From: Pyrodictium abyssi
GTDB lineage: Archaea; Thermoproteota; Thermoprotei_A; Sulfolobales; Pyrodictiaceae
DNA: 32,000 nucleotides
Assembly (NCBI RefSeq): GCF_036323395.1
Contig: NZ_AP028907.1
Span: 2,130,001-2,162,000 of the forward strand
Direction: 5' to 3'
Below are positions 31,983 through 32,000 of this stretch, in pieces. The notes under the pieces were generated by a model that had not been told where the DNA came from, made no database searches, and saw only the letters and a list, made by a program, of their open reading frames with translations. The position numbers and the translations under genes were made by a program. How positions within the stretch are numbered: the stretch's first letter is position 1; each line of letters starts with the position of its first letter.

Positions 31983-32000
31983 CAGCCACCGGCCCCCGGA

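Overview
The window is a GC-rich hyperthermophilic crenarchaeal chromosome segment. Desulfurococcales, Pyrodictium/Hyperthermus-like, is my inference from gene content and style. Most of it is compact informational or housekeeping coding: zinc-type alcohol dehydrogenase, MBL hydrolase, Nob1, NAD kinase, Trm5, DUF371 protein, Pcm, FEN-1, CDC48 AAA ATPase, EF-1beta with zinc-ribbon partner, Pth2, TruD, Orc1/Cdc6, tRNA-Ala(GGC), tRNA-Lys(TTT), DUF1641 + sulfide:quinone-oxidoreductase-like pair, DUF99, nitroreductase, a molybdate/tungstate ABC transporter, PaREP1 family protein, methyltransferases, a radical SAM-TRAM-like protein and a phosphoesterase. No CRISPR array and no clear complete novel defence system are visible. 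The most interesting signals are: (1) an SSV-type integrase N-terminal fragment abutting and overlapping tRNA-Ala(GGC), i.e. an integration scar or element border, followed by an AbrB-like gene and two unknown small ORFs; (2) an inverted operator pair around a palindromic TATA between those divergent genes; (3) a modA-[tfx antisense]-modBC locus where a 17/18-matching inverted repeat symmetrically flanks a probable bidirectional TATA between tfx and modB; (4) two VapBC/AF2212-like toxin-antitoxin loci, both interrupted by apparent 1-nt indels, partly at G5/C5 runs, while the surrounding genes are intact.
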